Shown one piece after another: positions 1 to 9,684 of a DNA stretch of 64,000 bases. The stretch is from Nitrososphaerota archaeon. Lineage in GTDB: Archaea; Thermoproteota; Nitrososphaeria; Nitrososphaerales; Nitrosopumilaceae. The translations under genes and the position numbers were made by a program. Within the stretch, counting starts at the first letter, position 1; every line of letters starts with the position of its first letter. The notes beneath the pieces were generated by a model. It saw only the letters and a list, made by a program, of their open reading frames with translations, made no database searches and was not told the origin of the DNA. The stretch is taken from positions 676,727-740,726 of the forward strand of contig JAGWFT010000001.1 in NCBI GenBank assembly GCA_028867755.1, written 5' to 3'.

Positions 1-88
1 GTATTCGGTATGCATCGATTAGCTTCTGTGCTGAATCTTTGTGATCCATGCCTCTCATTACTACTCTGTCTCTAAAGACTCCGTTCTA

Positions 89-787
89 TCATGTTATCTT
101 TTGAGGTTGATTATTAAGCAGATATTCCAAAGCATTTACAAACTCATAATCAGAGATTTTCCCATCTGATAACCAGCCAGCGTTACCCCGAAACCATGAA
201 GGTATGTCTGACATGGAATCTGATGTATCGTTTGATTTTACAACTCCATCATCTATGAGATTCTGTACCCCATAAGCATAATCCCAATTCCTGATTTTCA
301 CATCATGCCATAATTTTGAAGCATCTTTGAACCACATAGGGATTGTTTTTGATGGTACCACTTCGGTAGAAGACTGATTGGATAACTCTATAGTGGATTC
401 ATAAGTTTCACTTTTGGTATAGCCAAATATCTTGCCTCCTAGAAATTTTGCATAGAAATGAAATTGCTGGCCATTGTCTTTTGGTACTGCCTTCCAAAAA
501 GTCAGGAATTTACCGTCAGAATCAGTAGTAGTAAGTGCTAAAATGATATTGGGACGCGGATAGGTTGTGCTATCTTCAATAAATATAGTACGATTGGGTA
601 GTGGTGTTGTTCCATCAGGTGTAGTTAAGGTGCCTGAAAATGTTACATTAGTGCCCTCTCTTATTCCTGAACCTATAGTATCTAGATGAATTATTGCAAA
701 AGATGTAGCGTAACTACTAGGTACGCCAAACAATAAAATTCCAATTAAAAAGATTTCTTTCAATTCAATCAGTACTTTAATTTGCAC
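89..787 (-). CDS. Secreted/surface protein with two C-terminal thaumarchaeal IPxW...W..G.I.D..F repeats
   Basis: Hydrophobic N-terminal signal, beta-rich middle, repeats IPMWFKDASKLW... and IPSWFRGNAGWLSDGKISDYEFVNALEYLL. Confidence 0.75.
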   Translation of the reverse strand: MQIKVLIELKEIFLIGILLFGVPSSYATSFAIIHLDTIGSGIREGTNVTFSGTLTTPDGTTPLPNRTIFIEDSTTYPRPNIILALTTTDSDGKFLTFWKAVPKDNGQQFHFYAKFLGGKIFGYTKSETYESTIELSNQSSTEVVPSKTIPMWFKDASKLWHDVKIRNWDYAYGVQNLIDDGVVKSNDTSDSMSDIPSWFRGNAGWLSDGKISDYEFVNALEYLLNNQPQKIT

Positions 788-1107
788 TTTTTATATTATT
801 TCATTATTTGCATTCATAGGTTTAGACAAATAGCATTACAAAATCAAATTAATTGCCTATGATAATTTTGTTTTGAAAATTAGGAAGAATAGGCACTCCA
901 CACTATGACTATCATTGTTATTACAAATGCACTAAAAATAGAGCCCATTACAATAGTTAGTACTTTTTTTCTGCTCATTTTGGATATTTTTTGGGGCATT
1001 AGATTGCCATATTATTCATTCTGTTGTTAGGGGTAGTATGATATGCTCATTGCAATACACGAATACAGTGATCAGATTTTAAATAGCCATGAATAAATCA
1101 AAACGAC

Positions 1108-1779
1108 ATGAGTGAACAACCTAGAACATTCTTTAATTTCTCATTCTTTAAGGTTGATCCAAAATGGCGCTGGATGGCAGATCTTGCAAAAGACGAGTCT
1201 GCAAAAGAAGTAGAAATTATACTGAAAAATTCACAGATGTCTTATAGGTCATATTCCACTCTTGGACTTCGTGACGATGCAGAATTCTTGTTGTGGTTTG
1301 TGTCAGAATCGGTTGAAAAAATACAGGATACGATATCAAAATTATACTTGACAGTTTTTGGGAAATATATCATTCCAACACATGTTTATCTTTCGTGTAC
1401 AAGACCATCAGTATATGCAAAAAATACTGCAACACACGGTTGGCTTGGTGGTGAAGAACAAAAAAAATATGTCATAGTATATCCATTTATCAAAACTAGA
1501 TCGTGGTATCTTCTTCCACTTGAAAAGAGAAAAGAGATGATGTCAGAACATATTGCAGTTGGACAAAAGTATCCGGAGGTAAATTTGAACACAACATACT
1601 CTTTTGGGATACATGATGAAGATTTCATGCTCGCATTTGAAACTGACAACCTAGACAAGTTTCAAGATTTGATAATGGATTTGAGGGAGACTCGTGTCAG
1701 TGAATATGTGCAAGTTGATACCCCAATGATTGTTTGTGTGAAAAAAGACCTCATACCTCTGATACGGAGCCTAGGATAA
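1108..1779 (+). CDS. chdC: Chlorite dismutase-fold heme protein, probable coproheme decarboxylase (ChdC/HemQ)
   Basis: YPFIK (Tyr125/Lys129), WYLLP, proximal His148, no distal Arg; near ahbAB-hemA-hemB. Confidence 0.7.
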   Translation: MSEQPRTFFNFSFFKVDPKWRWMADLAKDESAKEVEIILKNSQMSYRSYSTLGLRDDAEFLLWFVSESVEKIQDTISKLYLTVFGKYIIPTHVYLSCTRPSVYAKNTATHGWLGGEEQKKYVIVYPFIKTRSWYLLPLEKRKEMMSEHIAVGQKYPEVNLNTTYSFGIHDEDFMLAFETDNLDKFQDLIMDLRETRVSEYVQVDTPMIVCVKKDLIPLIRSLG

Positions 1780-2324
1780 TGAAGGCCCTAAAGGAATGGG
1801 CAACTGTAGTAAAAGCACTTGAGAATGGAAATCAAACTGTTTTATTAAGAAAGGGAGGAATCCTTGAGACTGCATCTGGATTTAACGTAGAAGCAGCAAA
1901 TTTTGCACTATTTCCCACATATGAGCATCAAGACAATGCATCACTAAAATCACAATATTATGGATATTTGTCGGATGCACGAGAGGGAAAACCAAAGGAC
2001 GGATACAATAGAATCACTTCTATTGCACAAGTGGTCGAAGAACATGACATATCATCAATTGAAAAAATCGAACAACTATCACCATTTCACATCTGGAGTG
2101 ATTCTTATATTGTGGAAAGAATGAATTGGATGCCGTCAAAGCCTATGAAGGTAGTATTTCTTAAGGTTTTCAAGATTGCCTCAACTGAGATACCTGTCTT
2201 GCCAGATTACCACGGATGCAAATCTTGGATAGAATTAAATGTAAATCCAGAAGTTGGAACATCTGTTTTGAGTGATATAGAACTACAACAACAATTGGAA
2301 GAATTTAGGAGAATTGTAAATTGA
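1779..2324 (+). CDS. DUF1802 family protein
   Basis: ALKEWA...GNQTVLLRKGGI motif; start moved to ATG 1779, which overlaps the upstream TAA (TAATG). Confidence 0.8.
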   Translation: MKALKEWATVVKALENGNQTVLLRKGGILETASGFNVEAANFALFPTYEHQDNASLKSQYYGYLSDAREGKPKDGYNRITSIAQVVEEHDISSIEKIEQLSPFHIWSDSYIVERMNWMPSKPMKVVFLKVFKIASTEIPVLPDYHGCKSWIELNVNPEVGTSVLSDIELQQQLEEFRRIVN

Positions 2325-3319
2325 AATATAGAGTACTTGGTAAAAGTGGAATCAAGGTATCAGAAATAGGATTTGGAGCATGGACTCTGGGCCTTGACTG
2401 GTGGGGAAAGAAAATTGAAGATGATGAGGCTAAGAAGTTGTTAAAACATGCATATGATTTAGGAATTAATTATTTTGAGACAGGTGATATCTATGGACGA
2501 GGAAAAAGTGAGCAATTGATTGGAGAAGTTTTCTCAGGAATGAGAAATGAGGTTGTAATATCTACCAAATATGGATATGACATTTACAGCAACGAGCAGA
2601 TAGGACACAAAGAACTACCTCAGAAATTTACTCCTGAATTTACTGAATTTGCTTTACAGAAGAGTTTGGAGAGACTGAAAACTGATTATCTTGATGTTTA
2701 TGGTCTGCACAATCCTAAGATACATACAATTCGAGACAAGAAAATATTTGATTATCTGGATAATAAAGTGAAAGAGGGAACTGTTAAAAGCTACCAAATT
2801 GCATTGGGGCCAGCTATTGGATGGACTAAGGAGGGACTTGAGGCAATGGATCTTACAAATACGACTGCAGTTCAGACAGTCTATAATATCTTGGAACAAA
2901 ATCCAGGTAACATTCTCGTAGAGCAAGGAGAAAAGCATGATGTTGGAATCCTAGTTAGAGTCCCTGATGCATCTGGAATATTGACCGGAAAGGTGACTAT
3001 GGACACAAAGATTAGTGAAAAAGATCATCGTTCTGTGAGAAGTGGTGACTGGGTAAAACAATCGCTTGAAAAGGTAGACCAGCTTATGCCAATCGCAAAA
3101 CGATATGGATGGAACATAACCGAACTTGCAATCAAGTTTATTTTGTCACACAGCGGTGTATCGTCAGTACTTCCTACTGTTGTAAGTGAAGAAGAGGTCA
3201 CAATGTTTTCGCAGATGTCTGATGGAAAATATCTTAATCCCTCTGACAAAAAAGAGATAACGGAACTCTTCAACCAATGGCCTCCGTACGAACTAAAATC
3301 GTCTGCACAGACTGCATAA
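2321..3319 (+). CDS. Aldo/keto reductase
   Basis: LGKSGIKVSEIGFG, FETGDIYGRGKSE, ISTKYG, SLERLKTDYLD motifs; TTG start overlapping the upstream stop. Confidence 0.92.
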   Translation: MKYRVLGKSGIKVSEIGFGAWTLGLDWWGKKIEDDEAKKLLKHAYDLGINYFETGDIYGRGKSEQLIGEVFSGMRNEVVISTKYGYDIYSNEQIGHKELPQKFTPEFTEFALQKSLERLKTDYLDVYGLHNPKIHTIRDKKIFDYLDNKVKEGTVKSYQIALGPAIGWTKEGLEAMDLTNTTAVQTVYNILEQNPGNILVEQGEKHDVGILVRVPDASGILTGKVTMDTKISEKDHRSVRSGDWVKQSLEKVDQLMPIAKRYGWNITELAIKFILSHSGVSSVLPTVVSEEEVTMFSQMSDGKYLNPSDKKEITELFNQWPPYELKSSAQTA

Positions 3320-3398
3320 GGAGTTAAACTTTCTTTGAATAATATCTTCCTGAGCATTTTTAACAAAGCGCCGCCCTACAAAAGGAGATAGGCAGAAG

Positions 3399-3929
3399 AT
3401 GGTTTTGGCCACTAAAAAGACTTCAACTATGACATTCAGAATTGATGAGGATGTACTAAATAAATTGCGAACAGAATCTGAACATAGAGAGACAAGTCTT
3501 AACACATTTGTCAACCAGATCTTTAAGAGATACGTTGAGTGGGATATGTTTGAATCAAAGGTTGGAATGATTCCAATTGCCAAGCCGATAATAATAGAAC
3601 TCTTTGGAAAGATGTCAAAAGAAGAGATAATCGACATGGCTAATCGTATAGGAAAAAATGTTGTCAGAGACATTGCATTGTTTATGAAGGGAGACATCAA
3701 CCTGAACTCCTTTCTGTCATGGTTTGAGATAAGGATGAAAGCATCATCAATAGAGCTAAGCCATAACATAAAAAATGGATATCATACTTTCATTGTAAAA
3801 CATGATCTTGGCGATAACTGGTCCTTATATCACAAAACTGTTCTTGATCTAATATTTGTCGAGGTTCTTGACAAAAAAGTTCAATTTGATTATAATGCTG
3901 GCATGATCTCATTCAAGTTCAGCGACTAG
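3399..3929 (+). CDS. Ribbon-helix-helix N-terminal protein, thaumarchaeal regulator-like family
   Basis: TMTFRIDEDVLNKL...SLNTFVNQIFKRYVEWD RHH-like pattern. Confidence 0.65.
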   Translation: MVLATKKTSTMTFRIDEDVLNKLRTESEHRETSLNTFVNQIFKRYVEWDMFESKVGMIPIAKPIIIELFGKMSKEEIIDMANRIGKNVVRDIALFMKGDINLNSFLSWFEIRMKASSIELSHNIKNGYHTFIVKHDLGDNWSLYHKTVLDLIFVEVLDKKVQFDYNAGMISFKFSD

Positions 3930-4001
3930 ATATTTGCAACTGTTTGCACATAAACACATTCTAATCTACCTCATTATATCGACCAGAACAAAATAGAGAT
4001 T

Positions 4002-4325
4002 GTGCAGATACTTCTTTTGGGTAGAGATGTAGACCAAGAAAGCACACGAACTGTCATACTAAAAATAATATCAAACGAACAGGCCATGCGTATACTTGAA
4101 CACAGTATGGATTCTCCGAAATCGGCATATGCGATAAGTATGGCATGTGAAATTCCTCTCACACAGGTATATCGATGGGTAAGAAAGCTACACAAGATGG
4201 GATTTGTTCGCATTTCAGGAGCAACAAACGGTGCAGGTAAAAAGTACTTTATGTACCAAAGCAAAGTGAAGACAATAAAGATTGTACTAAGTGCTACCTC
4301 CAGTCCATTAATAGAAATATCATAA
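4002..4325 (+). CDS. Winged-helix (ArsR-like) protein
   Basis: SAYAISMACEIPLTQVYRWVRKLHKMG HTH followed by a wing. Confidence 0.7.
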   Translation: MQILLLGRDVDQESTRTVILKIISNEQAMRILEHSMDSPKSAYAISMACEIPLTQVYRWVRKLHKMGFVRISGATNGAGKKYFMYQSKVKTIKIVLSATSSPLIEIS

Positions 4326-4358
4326 CACCTCTTTTTCTATTTTTATTCTTGTATGAAA

Positions 4359-5372
4359 CTATACGGTAATTGTTTCTTCTATCTTAAACTCGTGTTCGAC
4401 AAAGTATTCAACTCGAGTTTTTTTGAATTCGCGAGAACTAAATAGTATCTTATAGTCGTGCACATCTATCTGATTTTGAATCTCCCGTGCAATTTTTTGT
4501 GCATCATCATTTGATTTGCAATGAACCATTGAGAATACATTGTAAGGCCAATCTGGATAAACGGGTCTCTGATAGCAATGACTTACTTGGGGGAATGCGC
4601 CCAACTTTTCACCTACTTGCTCTATTCTCTCTTCAGGTACTTTCCATACTATCATGCCATTTGCTACAAACCCGGCCTCTCTGTGCCTTAGTATGGCTGC
4701 ATATCTGCGCATCACACCAATCTCTTCGTAATATTTGGCCTTTTCAAGCAATTGCTCCTCTGTTATTCCAAGACTCTGTGCAGGTTTCAAAAATGGCCTC
4801 TCTGTTATTTCAAGATCTTTTTGTAATTCACGGATGTATTTCTTGTCGTCTTCTGTTGCAACAAATTTTACATCCCGAATTACCTTCTTCTCTTCGGTTG
4901 GCTTGACTTCTGCTTCTTTTCCTTCTACCATCTCAAGCTTTACGCCAATCTTGAAGAGCTTAATCGTTGGAAGCATTCTAACTTTATTGATGCCTTGTAA
5001 CTTTGAAAATTTGTCAATCTCTGACTTTAGATCAGAACCAGGTGGAACAGCTAGAGTAAACCATAGGTTATACTCATGGTTTCTTTCATAATTGTGACTA
5101 ACCCCTGGATGTCTGTTTACTTGACTTGCAACATGATCAAGTTTGTCTGCATCAATTGCCATGGCAACTAATGCACTCTTGTAACCCAGCTTTCGTGTGT
5201 CAAAGATTGCACTAAGCTGTCTAACTACTCCAGATTCCTTGAGTGTACGTAGTCTCTGCATCATTGTTTCATCCGAAAGCTGAAACTTCTTTGCAACTTG
5301 GGAATATGGCCTTGGAACAAGAGGAAACGTCCACTGAATCTCATTTAGGATCTCTTTGTCCAGATTATCCAT
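4359..5372 (-). CDS. ahbAB: Siroheme decarboxylase, fused AhbA-AhbB (NirD/L-type, Lrp-like fold)
   Basis: Two tandem units: DKEILNEIQWTFPL..RPY / HPGVSHNYER and DLEITERPF / FPQVSHCYQRP; divergent from sirC-hemA-hemB; start taken as ATG 5372. Confidence 0.85.
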   Translation of the reverse strand: MDNLDKEILNEIQWTFPLVPRPYSQVAKKFQLSDETMMQRLRTLKESGVVRQLSAIFDTRKLGYKSALVAMAIDADKLDHVASQVNRHPGVSHNYERNHEYNLWFTLAVPPGSDLKSEIDKFSKLQGINKVRMLPTIKLFKIGVKLEMVEGKEAEVKPTEEKKVIRDVKFVATEDDKKYIRELQKDLEITERPFLKPAQSLGITEEQLLEKAKYYEEIGVMRRYAAILRHREAGFVANGMIVWKVPEERIEQVGEKLGAFPQVSHCYQRPVYPDWPYNVFSMVHCKSNDDAQKIAREIQNQIDVHDYKILFSSREFKKTRVEYFVEHEFKIEETITV

Positions 5373-5423
5373 GTATATCAAAAACCAGCCTTGCTTACAA
5401 TTAAAAATGTTACCTAAATTTCC

Positions 5424-6116
5424 ATGGAATCTATAAATATCTTACAAAGGCAGCGAGAATCATTGATAGTTGATCTAAACCTCAAGGGAAATTTGGTGAT
5501 TGTTGTAGGCGGGGGAAACGAAGGTCTCAAAAAGGTCAATGCATTGCTAACACAAGATTGCAAGATTCTTCTTATTAGTGATTCAACTAATAGGCAGATA
5601 GACAAGTATGTCAAACAAAAAAAGATTGAATTTAAAAAAATAAAACTCGTAAACGCTGATTTTATAAAAAAATATAAACCATTTGCAGTGCTTGCAACTA
5701 CTGATGACAGAGATCTAAACAGAGAGATAGTAGAACAAGCAAAAAAGATGCGATGTTATGCTTATGCAGCAGATGATCCCGAAGTCAGTGACTTTGCATT
5801 CGGTTCTGTCATAAATATACAAGATACTGTGCAGATAGCTGTATCAACTGGAGGACGAAGTCCTGCAATGGCACGAAGACTAAGGATGCAGGCAGAAAAG
5901 ATATTCAAGAAATTAATCAAAAAAGAGGATATTTATCAAATAAAACTACAGGATTTTGCCAGAAGGGCAGCAAAGACAAAACTTGCCACATTCCCTGAGC
6001 GCAAAAAGTTCCTCTATCAGGTTATGAATGATAATCGTATCAAACAATTAATAGCTGACGGAAATTTAAAAAAAGCACAGAAACAGGTAATCGAGATGTT
6101 AGGTGGTCTAAACTGA
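5424..6116 (+). CDS. sirC: Precorrin-2 dehydrogenase / sirohydrochlorin ferrochelatase (SirC/Met8-like)
   Basis: VIVVGGGNEG Rossmann motif, ADDPEVSDF, IAVSTGGRSP. Confidence 0.88.
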   Translation: MESINILQRQRESLIVDLNLKGNLVIVVGGGNEGLKKVNALLTQDCKILLISDSTNRQIDKYVKQKKIEFKKIKLVNADFIKKYKPFAVLATTDDRDLNREIVEQAKKMRCYAYAADDPEVSDFAFGSVINIQDTVQIAVSTGGRSPAMARRLRMQAEKIFKKLIKKEDIYQIKLQDFARRAAKTKLATFPERKKFLYQVMNDNRIKQLIADGNLKKAQKQVIEMLGGLN

Positions 6117-6124
6117 CAAGCAAT

Positions 6125-7366
6125 GTGATTAACGCTAGAGTTACTTTTAGGAAGTCTCCTATACACATGCTTGAGCGATTTACATTTCGTGATATTGACT
6201 CAGCTTACGAGTCTTTTCTAAAACATTCAGGATTACAAGAATGTGTTCTATTACAAACCTGTAACAGGGTAGAATTGTTTGGATTTGGCAATAATGATGA
6301 TATTGAAAGGATCAAAAAGACATGGGCGTCTGTATCAGGACTTGAACAAAATGCCTTCAAAGAAAACTTGGAGATAAGCCAAGGAACAGAAGCATATCAA
6401 CATCTTCTAAAACTTACCTCTGGACTTGACTCGCTTGTTGTTGGTGAAGAACAAATTCTTGGGCAGATAAAAGAATCAATTAGTGCAGCACGTGAGCTTA
6501 AAGCATCTGGAAGCACGCTGAACACTTTATTTGACAAAGCAATTCGCGTAGGAACGCGAGTAAGACATGCGACAGGAATCAGTAGGGGAAGTATCTCTAT
6601 TGGTTCAATGGCAGTAAAGCTTGCTGAGGAAACCATTGATGATCTAAAATCAAAAAACATACTCTTGATTGGCACAGGAGAAGCTGCAAGCCTTGTGGCA
6701 AAATCTCTCAAAAAACGTGGAATTGACTTTAATGTGACTAGCAGGACATTTGAACGCTCAAAATCTTTTGCAGAAACTGTGGGTGGAAACCCAATCAAGT
6801 TTGAAGGAATCATAGCAAACTTCAAGTCAGTTGATGTACTTTTTGTTGCAACTGTAGCTCCATATTTTTTGGTGACATACGATAGGGTCAAAGAAGCAAT
6901 GGAATCGCGCAAAAATGGTATGTTGATAATGGATCTATCAAATCCCAGAACTGTGGATGAGAAAGTTGCCACTATAAAGAAGATTAAAATGATGAATCTT
7001 GATCAGATTGCAGAAATGGTAGATAAGAACATGCGAACAAGAATGGGCGTAGTATCATCAGCAGAGAAGATAATTAATGAGGAGCTACCAGTAGTAGAAG
7101 CAGCAATGAAGAGACTCGAGGTAGAACCAATAGTAAAAAATGTATTCAAGGAAATTGACCAGGCACGAGTAAAGGAACTCAAAAAAGCACTACAAATGCT
7201 TGGAGAAACAGATGAACAAAAAATCAGAATCATTGACCAACTCACGCAAGCAATAGTGGAAGATATCATATCAGTCCCAATGAATAACTTACGAAAGGCA
7301 TCTGAGCAGGGAGACTCTGAAATTCTTAGAACTGTCACAAAGCTCTTTGACTATAAGAAAGAGTAA
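6125..7366 (+). CDS. hemA: Glutamyl-tRNA reductase
   Basis: LQTCNRVE catalytic Cys, SGLDSLVVGEEQILGQIK. Confidence 0.96.
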   Translation: MINARVTFRKSPIHMLERFTFRDIDSAYESFLKHSGLQECVLLQTCNRVELFGFGNNDDIERIKKTWASVSGLEQNAFKENLEISQGTEAYQHLLKLTSGLDSLVVGEEQILGQIKESISAARELKASGSTLNTLFDKAIRVGTRVRHATGISRGSISIGSMAVKLAEETIDDLKSKNILLIGTGEAASLVAKSLKKRGIDFNVTSRTFERSKSFAETVGGNPIKFEGIIANFKSVDVLFVATVAPYFLVTYDRVKEAMESRKNGMLIMDLSNPRTVDEKVATIKKIKMMNLDQIAEMVDKNMRTRMGVVSSAEKIINEELPVVEAAMKRLEVEPIVKNVFKEIDQARVKELKKALQMLGETDEQKIRIIDQLTQAIVEDIISVPMNNLRKASEQGDSEILRTVTKLFDYKKE

Positions 7367-7400
7367 CAAATTATATTGCTAGAAAATTGTCATTTTCGTA

Positions 7401-8381
7401 ATGTCTTATCCCAACCTACGTCTTCGAAGACTAAGAAAGACTAGCAAGATTCGTGAGCTGTTAGAAGAGGTAAGGCTTTCACCAAAGGACCTAATTTGTC
7501 CAATATTTGTTCAAGAAGATCTAAAATCAAAACTACAGGGAGAGTCTATGCCAGGATTTGAAAGATTACCACTAAAAGATGTGGTAGATGAAGCAAACTC
7601 TATTGCAGAATTAAAGATTCCAGCAGTCATGGTTTTTGGAATTCCATCACACAAAGACGACAAGGGTACATCTGCATTTGCACAAGACGGTGTTGTACAA
7701 AAGGCAATTTCTGAAATCAGAAAAAACCTTGGCAATGAGATTGCTATCATGTCAGATGTCTGTCTTTGTCAGTATACTAGCTCAGGACACTGTGGGCTGG
7801 TAAAAGGCGATAAAATTGATAATGACTCTAGCCTTGATACATTAGCAAAGATAGCAGTAAGCCAAGCCAAAGCAGGTGCAGATGTTGTTTCGCCATCTGC
7901 CATGATGGACGGGCAAGTCAAGGCAATAAGACATGCACTTGATGATGCTGGATTTACAGATGTAGCAATCATGTCTCATTCTGCAAAACATAGGTCATCG
8001 CTTTATTCCCCGTTCAAAGATATGGCACATTCTGCTCCACAGTTTGGAGATAGGAAGACCTACCAACTTCCATATACCAACCCAAAAGAAGCTATGAGGG
8101 AAGTTGAGACTGACATTGCAGAAGGTGTGGACATTATAATGATAAAACCTGCATTGGCATATCTTGACTTGATTGCAACAACAAGACAAAAGTTTAACGT
8201 GCCAATATCGGCATACAGTGTATCAGGCGAATATGCCTTGGTAAAAGCCGCTGCACTGCAGGGGTGGATAGATGAAAAAGAGGTTACACTAGAAATTTTG
8301 ACCGCAATCAAAAGGGCTGGAGCAGACATGATAGTAACCTATTTTTCAAAGATTGCCGCAAAAGCACTCGGCGAGAAATGA
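7401..8381 (+). CDS. hemB: Porphobilinogen synthase
   Basis: DVCLCQYTSSGHCG Zn site, SAMMDG, MIKPALAYLD. Confidence 0.97.
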   Translation: MSYPNLRLRRLRKTSKIRELLEEVRLSPKDLICPIFVQEDLKSKLQGESMPGFERLPLKDVVDEANSIAELKIPAVMVFGIPSHKDDKGTSAFAQDGVVQKAISEIRKNLGNEIAIMSDVCLCQYTSSGHCGLVKGDKIDNDSSLDTLAKIAVSQAKAGADVVSPSAMMDGQVKAIRHALDDAGFTDVAIMSHSAKHRSSLYSPFKDMAHSAPQFGDRKTYQLPYTNPKEAMREVETDIAEGVDIIMIKPALAYLDLIATTRQKFNVPISAYSVSGEYALVKAAALQGWIDEKEVTLEILTAIKRAGADMIVTYFSKIAAKALGEK

Positions 8382-8689
8382 GGGACGACGAAGGCTTTGA
8401 GATAGACCGTGCTTTTGATCTATTGCCACATGTTGTAGGCGCAAGCTGGGCTACTATATGGTTTAGAATGAACAGAATCAGGAGGCCAAGTGTTGAAGAA
8501 TTTCGAAACAAAGTTGCTGAATACTATAAGATGCTAGATTCTTTAGTTGATGTTTATTCTCAAGACGAAAAATTCGCAGATATGACAAGGCATATCAAGA
8601 TGAGATATCAGGAAGAGATGGATAGGATACTCAAGGGAAAAAATCAAGAAATAGAAAAAAGATTCAAAAGATATCTAGATTATGGCTAG
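8378..8689 (+). CDS. Hypothetical protein coupled to hemB
   Basis: 103 aa helical ORF with ATGA overlap on the hemB stop. Confidence 0.7.
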   Translation: MRDDEGFEIDRAFDLLPHVVGASWATIWFRMNRIRRPSVEEFRNKVAEYYKMLDSLVDVYSQDEKFADMTRHIKMRYQEEMDRILKGKNQEIEKRFKRYLDYG

Positions 8690-9318
8690 ATCTCTTCTCT
8701 GAGCTCATCTAGAAACTGTTTCATTATTTTTACTCTTCTTCTTGCTTCTTGTTTTGCACTATTGGTGTTCATTTTTTTCTCTAAGAGTAATAGTTTTTTG
8801 TAAAAATGGTCCAAAGTCCATTTTTTATCGTCTGGTTTGTGAGTCTTGCAAAAAGGGTCGTTATTATTGTAAAATGGTCTCTTTTCAGCACCTCCGACAG
8901 AAAATGTTCTTGCAATACCTATTGCACCCATTGCATCAAGCCTATCCGCATCTTGAAGTATTTTTCCTACCGCTGTCTCTGGTACCATGCCTCTAGAGAA
9001 ACTGTGGTCCCGAATTGCATCTGAAATTATTTTTATCTCTTTTTCCGTGTACCTGTATCTGCCCAGAATTTGTCTTGCCTTTACTGCACTTTCTACAGAT
9101 GAGTTCTTGGATCTTGGATCAGATTTTGGATAAGATACAATGTCGTGTAAGAGAGCAGCAGCAAGTACAACCCTTGAATTTACTCGTTCCATCCTTGCAA
9201 GTCTTTTGGCATTATTGTACACCCGCATAATGTGTTCGAAATCATGAGCGGGATCGTTTTTTCTCACTTTCCTTCTTACTTGTTCCCTAAGCCTTTCAAT
9301 AGGACCTATCTTTTTCAT
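8686..9318 (-). CDS. HD-domain phosphohydrolase
   Basis: AHDFEHIMRV, AALLHDI, ILQDADRLDAMGA. Confidence 0.9.
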   Translation of the reverse strand: MKKIGPIERLREQVRRKVRKNDPAHDFEHIMRVYNNAKRLARMERVNSRVVLAAALLHDIVSYPKSDPRSKNSSVESAVKARQILGRYRYTEKEIKIISDAIRDHSFSRGMVPETAVGKILQDADRLDAMGAIGIARTFSVGGAEKRPFYNNNDPFCKTHKPDDKKWTLDHFYKKLLLLEKKMNTNSAKQEARRRVKIMKQFLDELREEI

Positions 9319-9519
9319 TGAAACTAAATCACCGTTATGATCTACATGGACATAAACTGGTTGTATGAAACATGCTTGAACACTATATCCTTGAAAATTT
9401 TAGAATTTGTTGGTGTCATTCTTGTATTTCATAGAACAATATTCTGAAAGAATCTCCTTTTTGAAAAAAATAGATGAATCGTTCAATATATTTATAAATT
9501 AAAATTGTATAATAATACT

Positions 9520-9642
9520 ATGAGCTCAAAGGCATGGAAATGTTATAGGTGCAATCTTGTTTTTACTGATGCATCCCATGCCGACTTGCATGTAGATCTC
9601 TCAAAACATACGGTCAGAGAGATAGATCTCATCAAAGCATAA
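9520..9642 (+). CDS. 40-aa C2H2 zinc-finger microprotein (not in ORF track)
   Basis: MSSKAWKCYRCNLVFTDASHADLHVDLSKHTVREIDLIKA; TATA-like TTTATAAA at 9491-9498. Confidence 0.75.
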   Translation: MSSKAWKCYRCNLVFTDASHADLHVDLSKHTVREIDLIKA

Positions 9643-9684
9643 GACTGCGATAATCTTATTGCCAAAGGGCAGTCAATACTCTTT

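Noticed and set aside
1108-1779. Chlorite dismutase call
   Set aside because: The distal Arg is replaced by Leu and the ChdC-type Tyr (YPF) is present; heme-pathway context
4359-5381. Lrp/AsnC transcription regulator call
   Set aside because: Duplicated architecture with SHNYER/SHCYQR motifs and siroheme gene context fit AhbAB
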